In this document: in pieces, positions 41,637 to 51,722 of the stretch
Layout of the letters: every line of letters starts with the position of its first letter
How positions within the stretch are numbered: position 1 is the stretch's first letter
Source of the DNA: Lobosporangium transversale
Lineage: Eukaryota
Length of the DNA stretch: 64,000 nucleotides
NCBI RefSeq assembly: GCF_002105155.1
Contig: NW_019029019.1
Location: 310,001-374,000, forward strand
Direction of reading: 5' to 3'
Program-made: the position numbers and the translations under genes
The notes under the pieces: generated by a model
Told to the model about the DNA's origin: nothing
Databases searched by the model: none
What the model saw: the letters and a program-made list of their open reading frames with translations, nothing else

Positions 41637-42986
41637 TTTTTAACCGCCTCCTTTAACAATGAAATGAAAATAAAGGTTTGTTAGGAGGGCAAAGGACAAT
41701 GCTTTTTTTTTTTTTTTAAGCATCAGCATTGACCTCTGTCAGCCAGCAGTAACGCTGCCTGAAGTTCAGTATTTCCGAGTATGCGCTCCGTTGAAGATAT
41801 ACTCCAACCAGAAAGACACTTGTCAATATGAAAAATCGTAAACAACTGGATAAGATTTTTAAATGATTGCAGCTGAGTTACATGGAGCTTTGCCACTTTC
41901 CGGGCATCAGTTCTTATAAAAAAAATAAATATTACTACTGAGTGGATGCCAAGAGATAATTGACGATTATATTGAATCTGCATTGTAAGTGTCTTATTTG
42001 TTACTAGAAGAAAGAGAAAGGCGAGGGATCATGCTTTATTCGAAGGATTTAGATGGAGTGGCAAAAACGACTTGGAACCACTATAACGCACAATTAGCGA
42101 GCGACTCTGTTTGTCAGAGCAGAATTGGGCTCTTGCTTTATATCCCCGAATAATACAAGATTTATTTTGACAAACAATTTGTCGAACGAATGTTTAGATT
42201 ACTGTCCTTGTTAATACTCATCAAAATTAGAAAGGATCGCAGCAGGCTGTGCTTGTGAAGTTCTGTCCAATTACAGCGCTTTGACTAGGCCTATAAATGA
42301 AGAATCACGTGTTGAATTGTAATCAAGACACAAACCTAAATTTGGGCCACTTAGACTAAGTTCCAACCGGGGACCAAGAAATCGCTGCAGATTGGATTGC
42401 ACAAAGAGTCAACTGTGATGTTCATGTTTGTTATTTAATAATTGTTGCATCTTTGTTTGTGATGCTAACAGGAGCGTGAAAGCCTCGGATAGAATATGGA
42501 ATACTAAGACGACAAAGGACGTCTTTACGTCCATTATCCGAGCCAGCAACCCTCTTGTCCCGCCACACCCACCCTCATCTTCTACGAGCTTTAATAAAAG
42601 ATTGATTACACAGGAGAGGGTTGCTAGCATAGGAAGGATAATGAACATTCAAAGATGCTGTGCTCAAAAATGTGGGCTCCCATTTCCTCGCCATTTTAAT
42701 TTTTGCACGAATGACTTCTGAACCTATAAAAACCGATCGCTTCCTTCATCTTGCTTTCTCTTCTCTTTTGGTTTGTTTTTTATCCTCTATACGAAGTCCA
42801 GAACAACCATCTTCTCCCACACAAACATCAGAACAAATCCAACACAAGGAATCCCCAGTAGCTACGTCGGTTTCAAAAATGTAAATAGCTCATATCAGAC
42901 ATTATCTAGTTCATCGATCAAAACCAGCTTTTTTCGTACTCACACGCAAAAAAAAAAAAAAAAAAAAACACTTTCACTTATATTAG

Positions 42987-44297
42987 ATGAACCCCACGAA
43001 TTTACCTGAGCAAGCCTCCCGTTCCATAATTGGTTCATTTTACAGCAAGGTCTGGAGGGTAAACAGGCATGACTTGAATCATTTGTCGGTGAAGAAATAT
43101 CCGACTTGGGCAAGACGAGTGATCCATGCTGAACGCAGTCGACGCAAGAACAATGAAACAGATGAACCAACAGCCGCTGAAAAGAAAATAGTTCTGGATT
43201 TCGGTGAAGGAATCAGTGTGCAACTGTTCCAACCAAGTGGCAATCAACAAGAGCCAGCCAATATCCAGCAACCTCAGCCAAGCGAGAAGCAACAAGAGCC
43301 AGTCGATATCCAGCAGCCACAGCCAAGTGAAAATCAACAAGGGTCAGTTAATAATCAGCAATCCCAACCAAGTGAGAAGCCAGAAGGACCAGTTAATGAT
43401 CGGCAACCCCTGACAAGTGAGAAGCAACAAGGAGCAGTTAATAATCAGCAAACTCAGCCAAGAAAGAAGAAAAGAGGATCAGTTAAGAAGCAGCAATCCC
43501 AACCAAGTGGGAAGCAACAGGGACCAGACAATAATCAGCAATCTCAACCAAATGAGAAACAACAAGGATCAGTTAAGAACCAGCGACCCCAACCAAGTGG
43601 GAAGCAACAAGGATCAGTTAATAATCAACAATCCCAACCAAGTGAGAAGCAGAAAGGATCGATCAATAATCGGCAACCTCAGCTAGGGAAGCAACAAGGA
43701 TCAGTTAATAAGCAGCAATCCCAACCAAGTGATAATCAACAAGAACCAGTCAATGATCAGCAACTGTCCATCGAACGGGAAAAGGAGGAGTTTGATGGTA
43801 AATATCTTCATACACATGTTGCAAATGAAGCATCATATTATATCGCCTACGACGAAACTCTCTGCAGGGATGATATCAGGATTTTATGCAAAAAAAAAGA
43901 TATAAAAAATATACCCGTGTGGGGACACTTTGTCTGCAAAACAAAGAAGTGCAAGGGACGTGAATGGAAGTCATCTGTTATCGCCACCAACCTGAGGTTT
44001 TCTAAGCTTGGCAAATCCTACAAGGCCACGCTTCATGCCCAGCAGTGCAGTCGATGCGGAAATTATGCAGAGCCTATTGTTGAGGTGGAAAACTATGTTG
44101 AACGGGTAATCTCCAGATTGGACCGGTGGATGGGTGTTAAAAGACATACAGGAGACAAAGAAGAGAGAAAAAAATCCAAACGTCCTCATGATATGTCTCG
44201 ATGTCATGGATGCAAAGTAAGAGAATGTCCATACAATGGGGAAGAGGAGGAAGACGAGCGTCCAGAGATATTTTTCAGATTTTTAAATTCGAAATAA
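42987..44297 (+). CDS. zf-3CxxC protein, copy 3, with an internal 12 x 15-aa Q/N/S/P-rich repeat (436 aa)
   Basis: Same N-terminal domain and zinc finger (FVCKTKKC, QQCSRC, PHDMSRCHGCKVREC) as its paralogs. Confidence 0.88.
   Translation: MNPTNLPEQASRSIIGSFYSKVWRVNRHDLNHLSVKKYPTWARRVIHAERSRRKNNETDEPTAAEKKIVLDFGEGISVQLFQPSGNQQEPANIQQPQPSEKQQEPVDIQQPQPSENQQGSVNNQQSQPSEKPEGPVNDRQPLTSEKQQGAVNNQQTQPRKKKRGSVKKQQSQPSGKQQGPDNNQQSQPNEKQQGSVKNQRPQPSGKQQGSVNNQQSQPSEKQKGSINNRQPQLGKQQGSVNKQQSQPSDNQQEPVNDQQLSIEREKEEFDGKYLHTHVANEASYYIAYDETLCRDDIRILCKKKDIKNIPVWGHFVCKTKKCKGREWKSSVIATNLRFSKLGKSYKATLHAQQCSRCGNYAEPIVEVENYVERVISRLDRWMGVKRHTGDKEERKKSKRPHDMSRCHGCKVRECPYNGEEEEDERPEIFFRFLNSK
43230..43766 (+). repeat. 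45-bp coding minisatellite, 12 units, consensus QPSEKQQGSVNNQQS
   Basis: Units counted in the translation; one unit is 14 aa. Confidence 0.9.
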
Positions 44298-45724
44298 CAT
44301 CCTCCGTTTTGACAGAAAGAAACCTTTACAAATAATTCTTTTCAAATTGAATTTTTAAAAATATGTTAGTCGCGACTTTTAGGCAAAAAAAAAAAAAAAA
44401 TCCAGATGACTCTAATGCACATTAGCCAGCCCGCGATGAAGCAATGGCTGATTGGATGATGCTCAATTATAAAACTAATCACCTGTCAAAACGACAGAAT
44501 GGAATGATCTACGTGCATTTCAATTGTGTACCATGACAGGAATTTTTTTAAAATTTGTTCCTTGAAGAGCACTAACTTGGAAAACAATGATAAATTTAAA
44601 AGCGTTTTGATTAAAATGGTGAAAATCCTCTTCTCTTCACCCATTAAATCTTTACCTTTGTGGTGAGATGAGTATTTGGAGGAGCGTGTTGGTTCAAAGG
44701 ATACTATGGTCATGGTCCAACTCACCAACATCTTCATAAGAGCTGGTACCCAGGAGGTGGCAGAGGTCCATGACAGGTGCCCCTTCTGTCTCATTAAGGC
44801 CCTTACGACGAAGTCAAGTCAAGAGGGTAGCGTTCTGGTTTCAAGTGCTAGATACCACTCTCTCCGGGGCCTTAGTGTTTAACGTAGGACTGTTTTGACA
44901 TCACTCACACTCTGGCTCTGACTGGCTGTGGAGTCCTTTCCCTTTTTCTCTTCTCTCTCTTTTTTTCCTTTTTTTACTCTCACTCTACGTTAACTATTTT
45001 GTATTCTGGCTTAAGCGAAACAAACTGCCTCAAACTGCCTCCCAAACTCCTCAAGTACAATTGTCCCATCAAAAGTAACAGGAACGGGAATGATTACCAA
45101 CAAGAAAAGAATTACCTATTCAATAACAGGACGGTCCTCAGCGGGAGCAGAGTGGAGTCGCCTGATTGATTAGTGATTGAAAGAGATACCTGATCGCTTG
45201 ATTAGAACTTGGTATATGACCCATGTTTGTGGTCTGGCAAAGCAGTGTTGGACACCATGGACGGTCTTTGTCTCTTAAGGCACTATCTATTGTTCAACTC
45301 ACTGCACTCGCTCCAACGTCAAACCTGACCTCCAAGTGTTATATATGGCCGTGCAAAGTATATAACACATGTCTACGCTGATAGACTTGATATCAGTGCT
45401 CCCGCTTTCTAAATCCGCTTAGATAACTAATAGAAATGAAAATGAAAGACTTGGGAGGAGGTAACGGTTAGTACCTTTTTTTTTTTTTTTTCTTTACTTT
45501 GAGCTTTTTATTCGTCTTTTCCTTACTTTCCCTTCCTCGATTTTTGTTTGCTTGTTTTTCAAGCATTGGCATTGACTTCTGTTATCCAGTATTAGTTCCA
45601 TTGTAGGGATGTGTGTTGAAGCTGCTTTTTCTCTATCCCACTTCTTTCTCTTTTTTCTTTTAGAGACAAACGTTTTTTCTTCCCTTGCTTTGTATTTATA
45701 CTATTTTTCTTTAATACCCTATAG

Positions 45725-46763
45725 ACCGATTTCGGCTTTACTCAAGAGGCCAGCCTTGGAGAACTCAAGTATTGATTTTATGGCCCCTGGTCCTCGATCC
45801 TTGGGATTTTATTCACCAAGTCATCAGGTGAAAATGATCTCGTTCCCTGGAATTAATTGGCCCGTAAAGAAAGTAGCTAATCGTGTAAGTAGCTGGCCTG
45901 TTTCTTTGCAAAGAACGCTGTATAGCCAACAGGAGAACAGCAAATAGTCACTAACATTGCTTTACTCCTTTCCCTCTTTTCTCTTTAGCACACTGCCTTT
46001 GTAAGTATACCTCACATATCTCTGCAACCTCCGCCTCTGAATAACGAAGTTTTAACAATCTTCCCTCTTTCTCCCTCCCTCACAAAAGGATGAAGGCGTT
46101 GCAGTCGCAACATATAATACTCCAAGCGCTCCTGTCGAGGTCAATGGTGGCACCTTCAAGTCTACACTGGAAGGCTCTACTCTAGACGGTATATCAGGAC
46201 GTGAAGATGAGTTCTCCAATTTCATCATGAATATAATAACCAAACCCTCGCATACATTGGTCATCAGTGGAAACTCTGATATCTGGCTTGGGGCCCTTGG
46301 CACTTCACGTAGCAGTGAGCCAAGTGGTGCTGATTCCTCCAAGACTATAACTGTCACCCATCACTTTACGAGGCTTGAACAACCTTCCGAACATAGAGCA
46401 TGTGAGCCTAGTGAGCCTCACTAAAGATGCTGACTCGGGTGTCACTACGCTGGTAGCAAAGATCATATTCATAACTCTTCTCAGCTTAATTTGAGATTAG
46501 GAGACTCTGTATTTAATATGCTCAATGATAATGGAGACTTGGTAGGAGTCGCCAAAATCCCAGATCTATATTTGGCTATAGGTGACAGCTTTGTGACAGC
46601 TACCGCCACGTTCGCAGATTCCGATGCCTACAATACCTTGACAACCAAGAGTAATACTTTCACAATTGCAGGTTTTGAGGGTTCCGCGAAGCATTCCTAC
46701 CTGGCCAAAGCGTTGTGTGCTATTAGATCCCCATTTACACTCCCCAAGCTTGAAACTGTCTAA
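45725..46763 (+). pseudogene. DUF3712/Tag1-like gene remnant with two apparent frameshifts (5' boundary uncertain)
   Basis: Segments FSNFIMNIITKPSHTLVISG, TLRGLNNLP, NSSQLNLRLG..F, IPDLYLAIG and TIAGFEGS..YLAKAL..FTLPKL lie in three different frames between 46090 and 46763. Confidence 0.55.
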
Positions 46764-48799
46764 ATCAGAAAAAAACAGCAGAGGCACTCATAGTTGCGAA
46801 GCATCACAGATCAGTTCAATAAATGTGGCAACTATCGGCTATGCATTCATGTCCAATACCAAGCTGACCTAAAAACATTCGTTTTTACTATACATTCTCT
46901 TTTACTATGTGGGTAAACAGAGCTGAAGCTCGATTCCTTCGCAGCTACACCAACTTGAGCAACCATCTCCTCATTTATCCTTTGGAGCTTTTTTTTTTTT
47001 TTTTTTCCAAATGGTAATTATTCCACGGTAATATAAGAACAAGTAGATTACATATCTTCCATTCAGATAAACGACATATGGTCTTTAAGGTATATATCGT
47101 GCAAATAGGTGAGCCAAAAAGCGTTCCATGGCCTCGATCCGCTCGCTGAGCGATAAATCTCAGCTAACTGGATAAGATATGATTAGAATAGAGGGTGGAG
47201 ATGGAGATACGTTAATATATATCTCAAAGCACATTAAAAAAATACCCTCACACATAAAAGTCTGGGTGCATTACGGAAATACTATTGTTGGCTTAAAAAG
47301 CTGTAGTTACACATAGAAGCAAACTACATACTCAAGTGGATATCAAAGGCCTCGACTTTATGAGACCATCGAGAATAAGACCATAGCTTAGTCAAGAAAA
47401 TCCATTAATGCATCAGTGCTACAAAAAAGATTTGGCTGGCAGTCAGTGTCTTGGAAAGAGGGGGATATTTTCTTTAAATCCTTAGTTCAGGATATCCAAG
47501 CTGTTTAGTTCTCGTTACTCTGAGGATCCTTTTCCCCCTGTCTTTCGCTATTTCTTCAAACCGTCTCTTCTTTAATTAGACCTGTATACTACCAAGCCAC
47601 GTATTTGCTTTCTCTGGCAGAACATACCATCAATCTCCGATACTCAGTGTGACATAAGAACTGGCTACCTCGGAGCCTCATGTGATGGCTCATGAGGGCC
47701 CTATTGCCAGGAATGGGCATCTTTTCTCTTTTCTTTCTTTTTTTTTTTATTTTTAACTTATCATCAAGTAATCGAATCCGATCAACGAAGATTCATCTTT
47801 GGCAGTGATAATGGTCTAGGTTTAATTTGTGATGCAATACGGTTTCATCGATTCCACCGTTTACTGGCAGGATTGGCCTATTAAGAGTATTGTCCTTTTT
47901 TTTTGATTTCCTTCTAGCCAATGGATGTTCTGGAGATCAGGTCCTAAACGATTAGAAATTAGCACAGAATTGGACATCGGTAACAAGCACAAATATATCT
48001 ACTCGCAAGGTCCACTAAAACGCTATGTCATTCTTTACTCTCATTACAACTCTATACCTGCCTATAAATATAGAAGCACTGAGTACTTTAGGGATTTCGA
48101 GTATAATATACCCACTCTATCAGAGAAATAACCAGGTTGGTGCCATGTATAGCATAATCGTGGCATTAGTGCTGTGCTCTTATAAAGAACATCTATATAG
48201 TGCATATGCTAGCAACCTTACGTTGATCTTGATCGATGTACATGTACCATGCTGATCTGTAATACGCGGGTAAGAAAGAAGAAGTTGCAAATTTGAGAGC
48301 ATCGTGTACTCAAAAATGTCATGTGCACCACGTCCTCACAATCCACATCGTATCCAAGCTGCTCTGCTGAAAATAGGTAGATGGCTGATGTATGTTTACT
48401 ACATGTGCCTGCTTTACTAGTATGAGACTGTGGCTATTGAGTATCGTCTTGCGGTGGGATGTTTTGAATAGAATTGCTGTGCCTGGGGGCCAAGCTCTAG
48501 AAGCTTTCAACACCCGTGAATCGCTCTAAATTCAGCATCGACCTTCGCAAGAACAAACAGAAGTTGGAGTCGATATCTGGTGAGATTATTTCTAATAAAT
48601 TTTAAATAAAAGAAGGGTTGTCGCGAAAGTGTTCTGGAAACAGATTAGACAGGCTTCGCCGAAACTCCTTCTTCCCTTAACCTCCCTCTTTAGTCTCTTT
48701 CCTTTACTCTTGCTTGTTATCCCTCTCAATCTTTTCTCTTATGCTTCTAAGCATTACTCATATAATGCTACACTCATAAACACTGTATCACTAATAGCT

Positions 48800-49190
48800 A
48801 TGACATCAACTGAGGAAAGACTTCAGACATTTCATTCCGCCAATTTGGATGGGCCACCAGCTCCGACATCAGATATGTAATATATTGAGGCTCGGTTTGA
48901 TGGCCAAACCCAACGGTACACCATCCTCTGGAGCGACATTTGTCTGCGTACAAGCGGTTCATATAAAGAAAGGATAAGTAGTTCTATCCTTCCTCATGGA
49001 CGGCAATTTAAAAACAGTACGGATAACAATATTAACATTAATGACAAGAGACCTCTACGGTTACCCTTGTGACAGCAACCGTCTTGGTGGTATTTATGTA
49101 AATCATTCCAGTATTGCGAAAATAAATGTAGTATAACACCATTCTGGATCCGTGCCTTGCCTGGCATCATACTGGATATATTTATTTCTC
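48800..49190 (+). pseudogene. Remnant of an N-terminal header domain typical of Mortierellaceae repeat/NLR-like proteins
   Basis: MTSTEERLQTF...*YIEARFDGQTQRYTILWSDI, then PFWIRALPGIILDIF after a probable intron. Internal stop; no downstream body. Confidence 0.45.
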
Positions 49191-49596
49191 AGACAGATAA
49201 TGAGTTGTATTCGATTGCCGGCGGTTAGTAAACATATTTATAATATTTATTTATATATTTATTAAACGACAGCGCAATCGTTGGAAGCAAATTTAGGTTT
49301 AAGTTTTTGTTTGGATGTTGTGAAACCTTGTTCATTTTATTTAGTGCCATAGATATTTGAGGGGTAACATTATGAGTAAGAACATCACCAGAGAGCCTGA
49401 GCATTGGTAGAGGGGAGATCACCTTGTGCTCATTGCAAGGAGATGTTTGGGAGATTAATAAAGCTCAAAAGTGTATAAAAGGTAAAAAAAGTCTTTTGTT
49501 TTCTGCCATTTTCCCTTCAGTGCCCATTCCCAAGATCATTCGTCCATATATCTGAGCCATTCGACAATTAAGGGGACACCGTCTTTTTTTCTTTTT

Positions 49597-49639
<43 letters not shown>

Positions 49640-49663
49640 CGTTTTTATCTATTTACCGTCATC

Positions 49664-50986
49664 ATGTCTCAAGATCAGTTTCATCACTATATACCACGTT
49701 TCATACTGAAGAGTTTCTCTGAATATTTCCAGCTGAAACCCTCAAGCATTTTCTCACCGAATGCCTCAGGCGGCTTTACATTAGAGTCCCTTGAAAATGG
49801 CCCTGTGAAGAGCAAGGGAAATAACGGAGGAGGTAGCAGGAAAAGCAACAAGAAAGGCAAAAAAATAGGCAAAAAAAAGAAAAGCAGTGGTAGTAACATA
49901 AGAAGCAGCAGGGAAGACGACAGCAAAGGTAGCCATGGAGAGGAGCAAGATCCGATCATGGAATATCCAATTAATGTTTACCAAGTAATGGAGGAAACAG
50001 TCACACAGAGCGACGTTGGCAGAGTGTATGGTGTTCAGAACATGTACCAGGACATTGCTGAAGTCGATAGTATGTGGTTTGAGAAGGAGCTTGCCAAGTT
50101 GGAGTGCACCTCTGCGACGTTCATTCACAAGATCCGATCTGGCGGAGAGCTACCGCTGACGCGGACTCAACTAGCAGACTTCAAGAGGTTCTTAGCCATC
50201 ATGATGTACAGGGGGGAGCACCGGAGGGAGCAGTATTACGAGTGTAGGTTCGACGTTAGGACGCTACTATCAGTTCGGAAACATATGTTTCAAAACAACA
50301 TTGAAAGAGTTCAAGACGTGTGGTTCGAGAACCTCAAATGGATCATCAAGACCCCTCATGATGAAATCATTAAGGAAGGCACAAAAATCATTCCCTTGAT
50401 TCCAATGAATAAATACAATGGGCCTATCCACATCGCGGAACTTCTGGACTATTATCACATGATGTGCAACTACATGTGTGTTTGGCAAGCAGAAGAAGGG
50501 TCTGAATTTATCCTAACCGACAAGTGCTTTGGTGCGTTCGAAGGCGAGAATGGCATTCACTTCCACAATTTCTATGTTGTGTCTCCGAAATATATGGTCG
50601 TTCTTGTGAACCGTCTTTACATGTGGGACCTTGTGAAGACCATGGGTCTCCGGAAGTCGTGGTTTGGGGATGAGCTCCATGCCAATCCAGATGTTATCTA
50701 TACGAAAAAGGCTATGAGAGGTGCGGAAGACTTTACTCCAACAGACGTGTTCAAATACAAAAGGATTGTTGTCTCAAAAGAGAAGGTGTATCTCTGCAAC
50801 AGTATCTTCTTGGATGCAAACCCCAATTATATAACATACAAATCCGATATCTCCATGTACAAGTCCTTAAGATACTACGACAAAACTAAAGAAGATCTGT
50901 TCACCTTCAAATATGATTACCATGTCCTGAAGCGCAAAGTATTAGCCAATCTCAAGGCAGAGATGAACAGGACACATTGTTTCTGA
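49664..50986 (+). CDS. DUF4238-family protein, copy 2 (440 aa)
   Basis: Close paralog of 38083-39423 with the same HHYIPRFILK start. Confidence 0.82.
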   Translation: MSQDQFHHYIPRFILKSFSEYFQLKPSSIFSPNASGGFTLESLENGPVKSKGNNGGGSRKSNKKGKKIGKKKKSSGSNIRSSREDDSKGSHGEEQDPIMEYPINVYQVMEETVTQSDVGRVYGVQNMYQDIAEVDSMWFEKELAKLECTSATFIHKIRSGGELPLTRTQLADFKRFLAIMMYRGEHRREQYYECRFDVRTLLSVRKHMFQNNIERVQDVWFENLKWIIKTPHDEIIKEGTKIIPLIPMNKYNGPIHIAELLDYYHMMCNYMCVWQAEEGSEFILTDKCFGAFEGENGIHFHNFYVVSPKYMVVLVNRLYMWDLVKTMGLRKSWFGDELHANPDVIYTKKAMRGAEDFTPTDVFKYKRIVVSKEKVYLCNSIFLDANPNYITYKSDISMYKSLRYYDKTKEDLFTFKYDYHVLKRKVLANLKAEMNRTHCF

Positions 50987-51296
50987 ACTATCTTCGAAAG
51001 ACTTCAGAGCATTGCACTTCTTCTTCATTCCTTCACAAAGATAGGCTGTGGTTGTTGAGCGCAACTCGGTAGAAATAAAAGAATGGATCTCATAACCATT
51101 TCGCGATAATAGTTTCTTTATTTATTTGTTTGTTTACTTTTACTTTTATTTGTTTGTTTACTTTTTTATTTTTATTTTTTTATACAACGCCTTTTTGTTA
51201 TTTTTGCTGTTCTTTCCTTTCCTTTCAGGACATCTCCTTTATCCTTAAGTGAAATATGATTCATATTTCCATATTCAAGTCTCATTTATCGACAAC

Positions 51297-51328
<32 letters not shown>

Positions 51329-51722
51329 AGCAAGTGGCCTAGACGAAGTCTTCTATCTGAGAGGCCTCATCACAGCCAATGCGTTACTTTTTTACTTTGA
51401 TCTTTTTGTTTTCATCGACATTCCCAGGTCTGGGGAGGCGTGTATTGGCGTTTTCGTTTTGTGATTGGAGACACTAATATGAAAAAAGCAGGACATTGAC
51501 AACTCATTGCTTTGCAAGCCTTACACATTCAAGCTTGCTGCTCTTTACCCAAGCATGAGGCGGAATAACCCGCTTAGTGTTTCAAAAGTCATTAATTTTT
51601 TTCTGCAAATGCTTTAAGTGGTGATTTCGGATCACCAGAGATGGGGTAGTCTCGCAAGACAAATCATACCCAAAACAACTCGCTCGCTAATTGGAGATGG
51701 AGATATTATTTAATATCTTTTG

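Noticed and set aside
43230..43766. Regularly spaced repeats considered as a CRISPR-like array (also 60069-60246)
   Set aside because: These are contiguous in-frame coding tandem repeats without unique spacers, in a eukaryotic context with no cas genes.
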